Positions 47,532 through 56,909 of a stretch of DNA of 64,000 nucleotides are shown in pieces. Every line of letters begins with the position of its first letter. The stretch's first letter is position 1. Below the pieces are notes generated by a model. It made no database searches. It saw nothing but the letters and a program-made list of their open reading frames with translations, and had not been told where the DNA came from. This stretch comes from a virus. The DNA lies in IMG/VR virus record IMGVR_UViG_3300038620_000086, positions 8,841-72,840 of that record; one strand, 5' to 3'. A program made the translations under genes and the position numbers.

Positions 47532-50500
47532 TTATACTTGGGTTTGCAGGGACAGAGTTCTTGTCCGTTGTCGTAAGAAGTTAAGGATGATGTGATCTGC
47601 CGGAATTGCTGGATCAAGGTCGATTTGTACGTTAAGAATTCCCCGATCAAGGTCTTCTGGCGGGTTGTTTCTTCGATCAGCAACCGTAGGTCGGAATCCA
47701 GTAATCCATCCTTGAGATTTAAGGTATTCCAGCCTAGTATCAACAATTCCCGCTACTCTCCTCATCAGATCATCTGTTAAAGGCTGTGACCTAACAAAAG
47801 CAAGCCTCTGAGAGAGATCCATCATGATCTGGTCGTAGACTCTCACAACGGAGACGTATTGACCCTCAATGTCAGTTGAAGTAGTCTGACCATTTAGGAA
47901 TCTAAGGCGCTGCGATGAACGGTCAAAATAGATTCCCTCAATGCCATTGCGAGTTAGAGCATCTAGATACTCTTTTTCGGAAGGAATATTAGTTGTTGTT
48001 GGACCGTTAATGGCGTCGGATCGACTAAGAGCAGCAGGACTGATATGTGGGGATCTCGAATTTACCCATCCTAGGTAAAACCCAATACCTTCTACATTGT
48101 TAAACCCGAGCGAAGGGCGACGACCGTATGTAACATAGCCAGCAAGGAGTCGAACCCGCTCATTATTGAGAGAGCTAGGAACAATTGACTTCACCCTAGA
48201 AAGAGGTAACCGTTTGGGAAGCTGAAGAACTGCTTGTCGGTAGCCATTGAAACTATCAGAACGATTAGCTTGCTCGATTAACTCTGCAATTACAGGGTTG
48301 TCTGTCGTTCCTCGGAATGGATAGTCTGGGGTACTTATAGTAACTAGGTCATAGGACTCTAGCCTTTTAACCGCTTCGACATAGTCGCTATCGCTGGGTT
48401 CGTTACCTTCTGATCCTTCTGATCCACCGGTCAGCTTAACGTCAGTTACAAAGTCAGATCCGACGGCGAGAGTGCTTACAGAAGGAGTCTCTGATGCCTG
48501 GTTGATAGTGTTGACCTGACTTAGAAAGGTTCCTAAGTTAGGACCAGAACGAATTGGGTAAGAAGACGCCATATCATTCTGTAACTTTTTACCAGCTTGG
48601 TAAAACTTAGGAAGATAGTAGGCTCTAACTAGCTTCGAGGGACGAGAACCAGGGTAGATCCCGTTGCTAGTCGTAAGAGCGTTCTCATTAGAAAGGTTTA
48701 GACGCTCAACTAATGGTTCATCTAAATACTCCTCAGCATCACGGTCAACCACGATTAAATCGAACAGACCAGCCCGACCATTAATAATGCTAACCTCTAT
48801 ATCAGTCTTTCCAGGGCTAATAGCACGGACTAGAACTAATGGGTCGCCGGACTCTGAATAAAGAACCGTTTCTGCTCTATCCGGACCTTTTTTAGCCTTA
48901 TCAAAGGTGAGGTTTTCAGAGTTTACCGTTTGTACTAGAACGTAATCGTTATCTACAGTATCCCAATCTTCAGGAATAGTGTCGTCACCAATGTCGGATC
49001 CAGGAACAGCATCGTCCGGATAGCCCCAAACTTCATCTCCACTACCATCAGTAGGGGGATTTTCTGTATCTTTAGGATTCTCTGATGTGTCAACTAACGA
49101 CTTGTCACCTGTTAGGGCGACTTTAATAACCATATTGTTAGCGCCGTCTCCAGTAGCCCGAGTCTCAAACGTAGCGTCTACGAGAGTACGATCTTGGCTA
49201 ACATCATAGGTTTCCTCTACAGAGAAGTCGGTAAAGATGTCTTGGCTAGACTCTTTAGAGTTTAGCTGGTCGAACAGTTGATTAATAACCTCTTTATAAG
49301 GAGTTCCTGGGGAAAGTGCTTCGACATTGCTGCCCGAGAGGAAAGATTTGCCAACATACACCATCGCTTGATCAATCCGAACTGCGAACTTAGAAGGAAT
49401 ATAGGAGTTGCGAATTGACCGATCATAAGTCTCTCCGGACTCGTCCATCATTTTTAACTGGGCTGGAGTGAATCCGGCATCTCCACCAGAGATCTCACTA
49501 TCTGGTCTAAACAAAAAGCTAACCAATCTAATTGGCTTTTGTAGACTTAATTGGATTGGTCTTGACAAGTCATAGTAGATAAAGAAGTTATAGATGTCAA
49601 CGCCATTCCAAGTATTTGTAGAGGTGTCAAAAATCACAAATCCATCAACTCGGTCAGAGTTGTAAGAGGGGAACATCCCTGTAATATAAGATCCCTCAGA
49701 ATCGTCCTTTTTAGGGAAACTAGCTGTTGTCAAATTATCCCAGCTATAAGAGAATACATATTTATCTTCTGTGGGGGACTTAATAGATACTTCACTGGAA
49801 GCAGCATCAATCCAATCAGCCGATATGTCAATAGTCCCTGTTCCTACAGTAATCTGAATAGCAAATCGGTATCTTACTTCCTCGATTCCACTAAGCTCGT
49901 TAAAGTATTCTTCCGCTGGGGACATAACAGTAGCTTCGCTCTCAAAAGCGCTAGAGCTACCGAACTCATCACCATCTAGGGTAAGACTAACCCCAGGATG
50001 GATATTCTCAATAGCATCATCATTATTCGTCTCTGCAATCAGAGTAACTCTGTCTCCTTGTTGAAGATTACCAGCATTGCTAGAACCTAATAGCTTGTTC
50101 CCGTTAGGCAATGCAGGGTTATAGATCTGAAGATGGTCTAGAGATCCCACATCAACTGCCGAACTACTTCCTTGAAGGAACAGTTCAGACCGAAGATTGA
50201 GGGTTCCTTGTCCCTCTAAATGAGTCTCAAAATTCTCCGAACCAAACGGTGCAGAACCACTACGGTCGCTATTTAAGTCCTCCTTTCTAACGGAGATATT
50301 AGAGGTACTCGGAGTAAGTTTAGCAACATTGGAGACATATTCAGTAAGAAGAGTGATACCTTGAGTAGCTACATCTCCAGTTGCATCAACATACGACTGC
50401 TGAGGAGTTCCTGCCGTTACAAGGCGAAATCCAACATTTGCTGGAGTGTCACTAGCAATAGCTCTAGAAACTACAAAGTCTCCTAAACCATTGTCTAAAG

Positions 50501-50708
50501 CAGCTCGAATGGCTACTGCACTAGCTTTGTCGTCATCGCCAAAGAAGTTGGCTAAATCGCTGGCACTTCTAACCCTGGCAACAGGGGGACCTTTTCTAAA
50601 TTTTCCAGCTATTCCGGTTCCAGTCCTCCAGGGTTTCTGGGGACGGGTTGCCGTTGTAGTTGTTTCAGTTGTCGTAACTGATGGAAAGGCGTTGCGTTGT
50701 CTTTGCAT
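47532..50708 (-). CDS. Contractile tail sheath protein (1058 aa)
   Basis: N-term FPSVTTTET...GIAGKFRKGP...FFG; LTGGSEG; PHISPA; C-term VVRVYDQI...GWITGF...DRRNNPPEDLDRGILNVQIDLDPAIPADHI. Confidence 0.92.
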   Translation of the reverse strand: MQRQRNAFPSVTTTETTTTATRPQKPWRTGTGIAGKFRKGPPVARVRSASDLANFFGDDDKASAVAIRAALDNGLGDFVVSRAIASDTPANVGFRLVTAGTPQQSYVDATGDVATQGITLLTEYVSNVAKLTPSTSNISVRKEDLNSDRSGSAPFGSENFETHLEGQGTLNLRSELFLQGSSSAVDVGSLDHLQIYNPALPNGNKLLGSSNAGNLQQGDRVTLIAETNNDDAIENIHPGVSLTLDGDEFGSSSAFESEATVMSPAEEYFNELSGIEEVRYRFAIQITVGTGTIDISADWIDAASSEVSIKSPTEDKYVFSYSWDNLTTASFPKKDDSEGSYITGMFPSYNSDRVDGFVIFDTSTNTWNGVDIYNFFIYYDLSRPIQLSLQKPIRLVSFLFRPDSEISGGDAGFTPAQLKMMDESGETYDRSIRNSYIPSKFAVRIDQAMVYVGKSFLSGSNVEALSPGTPYKEVINQLFDQLNSKESSQDIFTDFSVEETYDVSQDRTLVDATFETRATGDGANNMVIKVALTGDKSLVDTSENPKDTENPPTDGSGDEVWGYPDDAVPGSDIGDDTIPEDWDTVDNDYVLVQTVNSENLTFDKAKKGPDRAETVLYSESGDPLVLVRAISPGKTDIEVSIINGRAGLFDLIVVDRDAEEYLDEPLVERLNLSNENALTTSNGIYPGSRPSKLVRAYYLPKFYQAGKKLQNDMASSYPIRSGPNLGTFLSQVNTINQASETPSVSTLAVGSDFVTDVKLTGGSEGSEGNEPSDSDYVEAVKRLESYDLVTISTPDYPFRGTTDNPVIAELIEQANRSDSFNGYRQAVLQLPKRLPLSRVKSIVPSSLNNERVRLLAGYVTYGRRPSLGFNNVEGIGFYLGWVNSRSPHISPAALSRSDAINGPTTTNIPSEKEYLDALTRNGIEGIYFDRSSQRLRFLNGQTTSTDIEGQYVSVVRVYDQIMMDLSQRLAFVRSQPLTDDLMRRVAGIVDTRLEYLKSQGWITGFRPTVADRRNNPPEDLDRGILNVQIDLDPAIPADHIILNFLRQRTRTLSLQTQV

Positions 50709-50742
50709 AAAGCTTATTCCCTCTCTCCTTTTTCTTTTTTAT

Positions 50743-51939
50743 CTATTTGTCGTTGTTGTCGTGAGTCAAATTTAATTCCGCAATAGACTTTCCCTTAACA
50801 ACAATGGGATCGACTATCCGTTCTTGGTTAGGAAAGTAGTCAATGTTATAAGGTGAGTAATGAGTGTTATCTACTCTTATGTTGGTTATCCCCGAAACTT
50901 TTGAAGTAGATGGTGAGTATGGGGTTGTTGGATCCTCATCTAGGGTTGGTTCTGGTTTAGATTGTGGTTCCGACCCTAAATAAAGGTTAGGGTCAAATGA
51001 AGGAAGTGGATAAGATTTGTCGAACGGTTCGTCAAATCGATTAGGATTAGAAACATCTGACCAGTTACCCGGTAGCATGGAGAGAGAATTAAGATGATCC
51101 TTAAACTCAGTTGCTACGGTAGAAATCTTGTAGGGATTTGTCTCTTGAGACTGGTTAACCTCTTCTGCCCAACCTGGAGCGAGATAATTTGGATCCTTAG
51201 CATGGACTGTCTCGTAGACACTTATAGAAAGGGTTATATAACTCGTATGGAAGACAATGTTCTGAGAGTTTTTAAGCCAACTTGAGGAAGGGTAGTCTAC
51301 TGCTTCTACATTGATTTGCTTAATTCCGAAAGGCTTTAAGGTTCCAATTTCTCTTAGAACTGATCGAACTAGATAAGTATAATCTCGAATAACTTCCTCT
51401 CCAGGAGAAATTGTTAGATCTAGAGTTTCTGTTCCAAATTCCCATTTATCTGATACTTTGTCCTTGCCATCGATTGGCGTTGAAAAACTCTCGCCGTAGG
51501 TGTTAAACAGGTCTGAAAGGCTGTCAATGTCTTTTTTCCCATAGGTAACAGACTGAGAGACGTTGAAGTTAGGATCTCGGTAATAGATTTGAACAACGAA
51601 CCGGAGTTCTCCTCGATCAAAGTAAGAAAAATTATCAGGTCTTCCTAGCGTGTGTTGTTGGTACCCAGCGAACTGAGATCCACTGCTACTAGAAGGATTG
51701 TCGCCGCTAGAATCGTAGCTACTGAACATTGGGTAAACAGCGATCGTTAAACCAGGATCAATAAGTTCTAACCCGCCAAATGTCCGAAGCTTGGATACAA
51801 ATACCTGTTGGGGAGACTGACCTTCTCGTAGAACTGGATAGAAAACGGGCGGGTTTTTTATTGCCGGGTGGAGACCAATAGCACCAACTAGCCCGAGGAT
51901 AATTTGTCTATCTGTTGCGCCTCTTACTGTTTTCGCCAT
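50743..51939 (-). CDS. Putative neck/tail-completion protein (398 aa)
   Basis: Position immediately before the sheath; no diagnostic motif. Confidence 0.5.
   Translation of the reverse strand: MAKTVRGATDRQIILGLVGAIGLHPAIKNPPVFYPVLREGQSPQQVFVSKLRTFGGLELIDPGLTIAVYPMFSSYDSSGDNPSSSSGSQFAGYQQHTLGRPDNFSYFDRGELRFVVQIYYRDPNFNVSQSVTYGKKDIDSLSDLFNTYGESFSTPIDGKDKVSDKWEFGTETLDLTISPGEEVIRDYTYLVRSVLREIGTLKPFGIKQINVEAVDYPSSSWLKNSQNIVFHTSYITLSISVYETVHAKDPNYLAPGWAEEVNQSQETNPYKISTVATEFKDHLNSLSMLPGNWSDVSNPNRFDEPFDKSYPLPSFDPNLYLGSEPQSKPEPTLDEDPTTPYSPSTSKVSGITNIRVDNTHYSPYNIDYFPNQERIVDPIVVKGKSIAELNLTHDNNDK
51018..51034. repeat. Dispersed palindrome copy 3 (one mismatch; symmetry extends 51014..51038)
   Basis: GATT-TGTCGAAC-G-GTTCGTCA-AATC. 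Confidence 0.8.
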
Positions 51940-51941
51940 AG

Positions 51942-53498
51942 CTACTTGAAATCGAATGGATGAACTGGTTGTTCCATCAATCTAGTTTCATCTTTAATGT
52001 CGTCCAAAACTTTAGACCTAGGAAATTTAACAACCCCTACCGACCGATTGGCAGATTTAAGCTCCTCCGAATTTAGAGGGAAGTTATTGTCATACGTTGT
52101 TTTTATCCTCAAAGACTTCGGCTTAGAAGAGAAGCGAGTTAAAGGTCTTTTTGTATCACCTAATGCAACTTCTAAATCCTCTGGAACTGATAAAATATCT
52201 AGGACAATATACTGCTCTGGGTTGGTTGTGCTAAAGGCTATTAATTTGAAGGCTGCAACTGGATTATCAAGATCAGACCCGTCATTTCTAATAATCGCTC
52301 CGAGGGAACGAGTCTCCCCCTGAATGGAGCTTAATTCATTGATCATTGCTAAAGCAGCGGCACCAGGTCTGTCTTCTGGATCTAGATCATCGGGGATATA
52401 AACAGTTCTAACCTGTTCATCTGTAGGATTGATTCGGAACTTGATCTTATTACTGGAGCAGACAACGTCCTTACTCCGGAAATAAATAGAGTTCTGAGCT
52501 GAATCCTCTTGGGAATCTAACTGGGAAACCTTTGAGCCAGTTGTATCGCCGGTGAGGATTATAACAGTGCTATTTAAGTAATAGTAGGTTAACTGGCTCG
52601 ACTTAATTCCCCAACGGAAAGGAACCTGCTCAATAGTCCTCCCCTCAAACTCGTCAAAGAAATCAAACCGAATAGATATAACCTCCGACTGAATGCCTTG
52701 GAAGTTATACCGAACATAAAAGTCAATGGTATGAGTTCCTGCCGGTCCTGATAAAACAGGAGAAGCAACTAGATTTGCAGTGTTGTCCTCTAAAGTAAGC
52801 TCGTTAATTGTATCTGCGATATCGGATACGATCGCTGCCGTCGATACTGATTCCTCATAGGTAGCTACGGTTTGCCAACCAAGCCCACTATTGGTCAGAG
52901 AAGGGATATAAATAGAGCAAGTTAGCTGATCACCTTCTCTAATATCTACCTCTTGTCTAGAAAAGAAGAAGGTAGAGTTAAATTCCTGTGAAGGCTCTTC
53001 TACCTCTTTTTTCTTGACAGACTCTGGAATTGATATAATCCTTTCTAAATCCTCCAGAGCCTGCTTTTTAATAGAGTTAGAATGTTGAAACTGTTCAGGA
53101 ATTTGAGAAAGTTGACCGGTTAGTATAGAGGCAGTTAGAGCGATTGAAACTCGCCTAACACCATCACTGAGGAAATCCTCGTTCTCTGACCCCTCTACCG
53201 AGTCCAAGCCATACAGAATGTTTTTAATTGCCTCTTCGGAAGGAAACATGGGGTTTCCTTCCTCATCATCAGCAGCCGCTAGAACAAGAGCAATGTGTGG
53301 ATCGGAGTGGATCGTAGCAGTTTGATAAATCTCCCACGTCGATTTCTGCTCTAGTAGAGCAGAATAGCGCCTCACTTCCCTAGCATAGGTAGCAAGGCGA
53401 TTGCTGAGATTTTCGAGTTCAGAGTCAACAGGGTTGGGTGTGTTATCAATGTAATCAGCTAGTTCCTGATTGTCAAAGATAAACCGATCATTAAACAT
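51942..53498 (-). CDS. Putative head-tail adaptor (Mu gp36-like N-terminal part), 518 aa
   Basis: VRRVSIALTASIL...KKQALEDLERI resembles the adaptor helix pattern; lies between head and sheath genes. Confidence 0.45.
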   Translation of the reverse strand: MFNDRFIFDNQELADYIDNTPNPVDSELENLSNRLATYAREVRRYSALLEQKSTWEIYQTATIHSDPHIALVLAAADDEEGNPMFPSEEAIKNILYGLDSVEGSENEDFLSDGVRRVSIALTASILTGQLSQIPEQFQHSNSIKKQALEDLERIISIPESVKKKEVEEPSQEFNSTFFFSRQEVDIREGDQLTCSIYIPSLTNSGLGWQTVATYEESVSTAAIVSDIADTINELTLEDNTANLVASPVLSGPAGTHTIDFYVRYNFQGIQSEVISIRFDFFDEFEGRTIEQVPFRWGIKSSQLTYYYLNSTVIILTGDTTGSKVSQLDSQEDSAQNSIYFRSKDVVCSSNKIKFRINPTDEQVRTVYIPDDLDPEDRPGAAALAMINELSSIQGETRSLGAIIRNDGSDLDNPVAAFKLIAFSTTNPEQYIVLDILSVPEDLEVALGDTKRPLTRFSSKPKSLRIKTTYDNNFPLNSEELKSANRSVGVVKFPRSKVLDDIKDETRLMEQPVHPFDFK

Positions 53499-54063
53499 CG
53501 TGTTCGCTTAAAATACGGTCACATTCTTCTACAACTGCCTTATAGTTATAGAACTTAAGTTTGGTGGCTTTAATCAACTCTTTAGGAATAGGGACTTGGT
53601 TCTCAAGGTCTAAAACATAGCTTTTTACTGTTGCCCAATGGGTACCTTCTGAGTAGGGAACGTTTGGTAGAGATAGTTTTCCTAGTTTCTCTTCTAAAGA
53701 GAGTTGGTCGTCCTGAGCAACCTCATCCACAGATACTTGAGGTTGATCTTCAGATTCCTCACTCGCGGTCTGATCTTCTTCAAGATGAGCGCTAAAAGAA
53801 GGTTGGTCTCCTTCTTCCTCAGAGCTGGAGACCTCTTTTTCTCCCTCTTCCTCAGAGCTGGAGACCTCTTTTTCTTTTTCTTTTTTAGAAGGTTGGCTTT
53901 CTTCAACGTAGCCAATAACCTTAAACTTATCTTGATAAATCCCTCTGGTTAAGCGTCTTCTCTCTCCATCGCCAACGACAATCTGATCATTGGGGCGAAG
54001 ACGCCTAACTTGACCATTGTAAGAAACACGGCAGGGCTTTCTAACTTTCAACCGATATGGCAT
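53491..54063 (-). CDS. Hypothetical head-region protein with acidic low-complexity linker (190 aa)
   Basis: RBS GGAGGT; contains duplicated EKEVSSSEEEG. Confidence 0.75.
   Translation of the reverse strand: MPYRLKVRKPCRVSYNGQVRRLRPNDQIVVGDGERRRLTRGIYQDKFKVIGYVEESQPSKKEKEKEVSSSEEEGEKEVSSSEEEGDQPSFSAHLEEDQTASEESEDQPQVSVDEVAQDDQLSLEEKLGKLSLPNVPYSEGTHWATVKSYVLDLENQVPIPKELIKATKLKFYNYKAVVEECDRILSEHDV
53813..53875. repeat. Exact 30-nt direct repeat, 33-nt period, in frame
   Basis: TCTTCCTCAGAGCTGGAGACCTCTTTTTCT at 53813..53842 and 53846..53875. Confidence 0.9.
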
Positions 54064-54071
54064 ATTACCTC

Positions 54072-54980
54072 CTAAATGGATAGTCGAGTTCGGCTATAGC
54101 GCTGATCGACTTTTACAGCTTCGGTACTACTACTATCAAAGCTTCCTCCGGTTATTGCAACGTCGAAGTGGATCTCAGCTAGGAACAAAGTAGCACTTTC
54201 TCGGAGGTAAGCTTGAGATTTTCCAGAGACGTATGGAGGGCTAACGGACTTATGGAAGACCTTTTTCTCTGGAACCCGACCAATGACCATATCTTCAGGG
54301 TTAACATTAGATAGAGAATTACTGTCACTGGTCGTCAAAGTATCGGAGTCTCCACTCCTAATATCTGACTCTTTGACAGCATTGAACGGAAGGTTATTGT
54401 GACCCCAATCTTTTCCTTCTACTGGAGACTCAAATACAATGTCATTGCTGAACTTAACCCAGTCGCCGTTCCTCTTCTTATAGAAATCCCGGACAACAAG
54501 ATATTCATCAAATTGGCTGTGAGGCATAACACGCACTACCTTGTCTCCCTCACTATAACCACTTGCTGAAGGCAGCTCTTGAACGACAGGAACTTCTCGG
54601 CGGGGGTTAATGAAGACAGGAACAATTAGCCGGTAGTTATCATCCCCGCTTTCTCCAAGAGATAAGTCGTTGAACTCACTAGGAAGAGGGATTAGTACCT
54701 TATTGTCTGCTCCACTAAATTCAAAGACGTGGTTGATCCAACCATCTAACTTGATATCCCCTTCACTAAGTTCAAAGGCTACATAGGAATAGGCAGGATT
54801 ACCGGAGCTGACGGAATCCTTCTCTACAAGTTCGGGGTTAGAGATACGGCAGCCGTTAACAACGCCGCTAACCGGATAGAAAGATAGACCCCCTCTTTGA
54901 GCTGTTGGAAAGAGATGGTAAGAGAGGCGAAGCCCCTCAGCGGGTTTAGTTTGAAAGTGTACTCGTTGATCTTCTGGCAT
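54072..54980 (-). CDS. Putative capsid decoration / second head protein (302 aa)
   Basis: Immediately downstream of the major capsid gene with strong RBS AAGGAGG. Confidence 0.5.
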   Translation of the reverse strand: MPEDQRVHFQTKPAEGLRLSYHLFPTAQRGGLSFYPVSGVVNGCRISNPELVEKDSVSSGNPAYSYVAFELSEGDIKLDGWINHVFEFSGADNKVLIPLPSEFNDLSLGESGDDNYRLIVPVFINPRREVPVVQELPSASGYSEGDKVVRVMPHSQFDEYLVVRDFYKKRNGDWVKFSNDIVFESPVEGKDWGHNNLPFNAVKESDIRSGDSDTLTTSDSNSLSNVNPEDMVIGRVPEKKVFHKSVSPPYVSGKSQAYLRESATLFLAEIHFDVAITGGSFDSSSTEAVKVDQRYSRTRLSI

Positions 54981-55005
54981 GAAACCTCCTTAGTATTTAC
55001 CAGTT

Positions 55006-56364
55006 TTAGAATGTACCGTAGCTTAGGTCTTGGGATAGGATTAAGTTATTATCGATCTCGCCTTCATAAGCAACATCAATGAGAGAAATCCAGTGCGGAT
55101 ACTTAGCAAAAGGTAAGAAAGCATCACCCATTTGAATAGTCCTTCCCGGAGGGCTTGGAGAGCCGGTATCACCCATGCTCCTCATCCACAAACCAGAGGT
55201 TCCATCTGGAGATTCTCCCACGCAATGGTGAGTCATTCCTAAAGTTGCATTACGGTCACTCTGATGTCTAGGAGCAACTAAAGCAACCCGATGATTTGGC
55301 CAGTAGTTTGTTATCTCTGAGGACTCTGGGTCTCGATAAAGACCGTCTAAAACTCGGACTCGGAACCCAGCAATGGTCGCTAATTCACCCGTACCAGTGA
55401 AGGTTACTAGAGAGCTTGTAAACGGTCCACCAGCCGTATTGGTGCTGACCTTTTGCGAGTCAGCTACGACCATTCCAGGTACCCCCATGAACTGACTAAT
55501 ATATTCGTTCTCATGAAGGATCGTCTTTAAGTCACTGCTCATAATAATCTCTGTAAACCTAACTTTGTTGGTTCTGTAGAGATATTGAGCAATTAAACGA
55601 AGGCAACGAACAACGTCACAGCGCCGATCTGTCCAAGGAACTCCTGCATATCGACCCTCGTTGTCCATAAACAAGAAGGCTTCTCGGCGAGAAACCATTC
55701 CTGGTTTTAGATCATTTGCAGCATAGATACTAATCGCACCAGTAGGGTCACTACTGCTGGTAAGAGCTTTACTTCGGAGGGTAAACTCGCTAGTTAGGTC
55801 ATCACCTGCATTTTTCTCTTGGTCATAATGATAGAAAGCAAAATAGTTATGATCAGGAATGTTAGTGTCAACATTGATCCGACGATTCGTCCTAGGATCG
55901 TAATGGTCAATTCCCCCAAGAAGGACGTCAGCACGGAACTTGTCTACCGTTCGCTGATGTCGGTTAGCCATCTGCTGAACCCTATCACTGACAATCTGTT
56001 CGGGTTCATAACGCTCGTTAGTTGTTCCTACTTTGCGAAGTTGGTTAATCTGGTCTTGAGAAATGAACTGGTCTTCCCGCACAACTAAGGGGGTTTCCCT
56101 AAAGCTGCGAGTCCGATCCGGCATCATGAAGTCGCCAGAAGGAACGCCGTAATCAACAACTGGCATGATACCTAATCCGGTAATGACCTGTTCAATGATG
56201 ATGGTTCGTTCGGGGATATTTTCACTAGGAAACAGATCATCAAGTTCGCCCTCTTCGAGCTGTTCAAAGCTTTTTGCCAGCATTGTTAGCTGGAGTGATC
56301 CTAAGGCAGGTATATCCCCCGTATACTGCCATTCACTAATTTCTGGTTCGAGTTCTCTTGGCAT
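55006..56364 (-). CDS. Major capsid protein (lambda gpE / Phage_cap_E-like HK97 fold)
   Basis: LDDLFP..NIPERTIIIE...GIMPVV..G.P, VREDQFI...INQLR, RHQRTVDKFRADVLLGG, C-terminal AFLP...P; follows the protease/scaffold gene. Confidence 0.88.
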   Translation of the reverse strand: MPRELEPEISEWQYTGDIPALGSLQLTMLAKSFEQLEEGELDDLFPSENIPERTIIIEQVITGLGIMPVVDYGVPSGDFMMPDRTRSFRETPLVVREDQFISQDQINQLRKVGTTNERYEPEQIVSDRVQQMANRHQRTVDKFRADVLLGGIDHYDPRTNRRINVDTNIPDHNYFAFYHYDQEKNAGDDLTSEFTLRSKALTSSSDPTGAISIYAANDLKPGMVSRREAFLFMDNEGRYAGVPWTDRRCDVVRCLRLIAQYLYRTNKVRFTEIIMSSDLKTILHENEYISQFMGVPGMVVADSQKVSTNTAGGPFTSSLVTFTGTGELATIAGFRVRVLDGLYRDPESSEITNYWPNHRVALVAPRHQSDRNATLGMTHHCVGESPDGTSGLWMRSMGDTGSPSPPGRTIQMGDAFLPFAKYPHWISLIDVAYEGEIDNNLILSQDLSYGTF

Positions 56365-56378
56365 AGCTTACCTCCCGA

Positions 56379-56909
56379 TTAAACGTCGTCTTGCATTAGC
56401 TTTTTCTTTTTCTGTTCAGCAAGTTTTTTGTTCCTCTCAATGATGTGTTTGTATGGGTTTTCAGCTAACTGTTGTTGCTCACCCTCATCATTGGTTTCTT
56501 GCTGACGTTCGAGGTTTTCTTCCTGAGTTTCCGTCGTTGTACCGTGTTGTTGTGTTAACTGCTGGGTGTTGTCTTGGGCAACCTCACCAAGCATTTCAAA
56601 TACCTCGTTGTACTGATCTTCAGAGAGCTTTTCCTCTTCGATCAGGCTCTTGTATTTGTCTTTAGCGGATTGGCTTACATTTAAGCTCTCAATGCTAGAT
56701 AGCCGCTCTTGTTTAACACGGTTGCGACGATCTTCTTCAAGCTCCTTAATCTGTTGATCTTTCTGGTCAATTTTCTGTTCGAGTTCCTCTAGTCGTTTAG
56801 TTAGACTGAGAATCTCTTGGAGCTGTCCTTCCGAGAGCTTTTCACTAGCCGGTTGTTGCTCACTAGCTGGTTGTTGCTGTTGTTTTTCAGATTGTTGGTC
56901 TTCACTCAT
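56379..56909 (-). CDS. Nested in-frame scaffolding protein (176 aa, internal start)
   Basis: GGAG 8 nt before in-frame ATG 56909 (MSEDQQSEK...), just after the protease domain; same arrangement as Mu I/Z. Confidence 0.6.
   Translation of the reverse strand: MSEDQQSEKQQQQPASEQQPASEKLSEGQLQEILSLTKRLEELEQKIDQKDQQIKELEEDRRNRVKQERLSSIESLNVSQSAKDKYKSLIEEEKLSEDQYNEVFEMLGEVAQDNTQQLTQQHGTTTETQEENLERQQETNDEGEQQQLAENPYKHIIERNKKLAEQKKKKLMQDDV

Noticed and set aside
34168-50708. Extracellular contractile injection system or tailocin
   Set aside because: Major capsid, prohead protease and terminase are present in the same operon.
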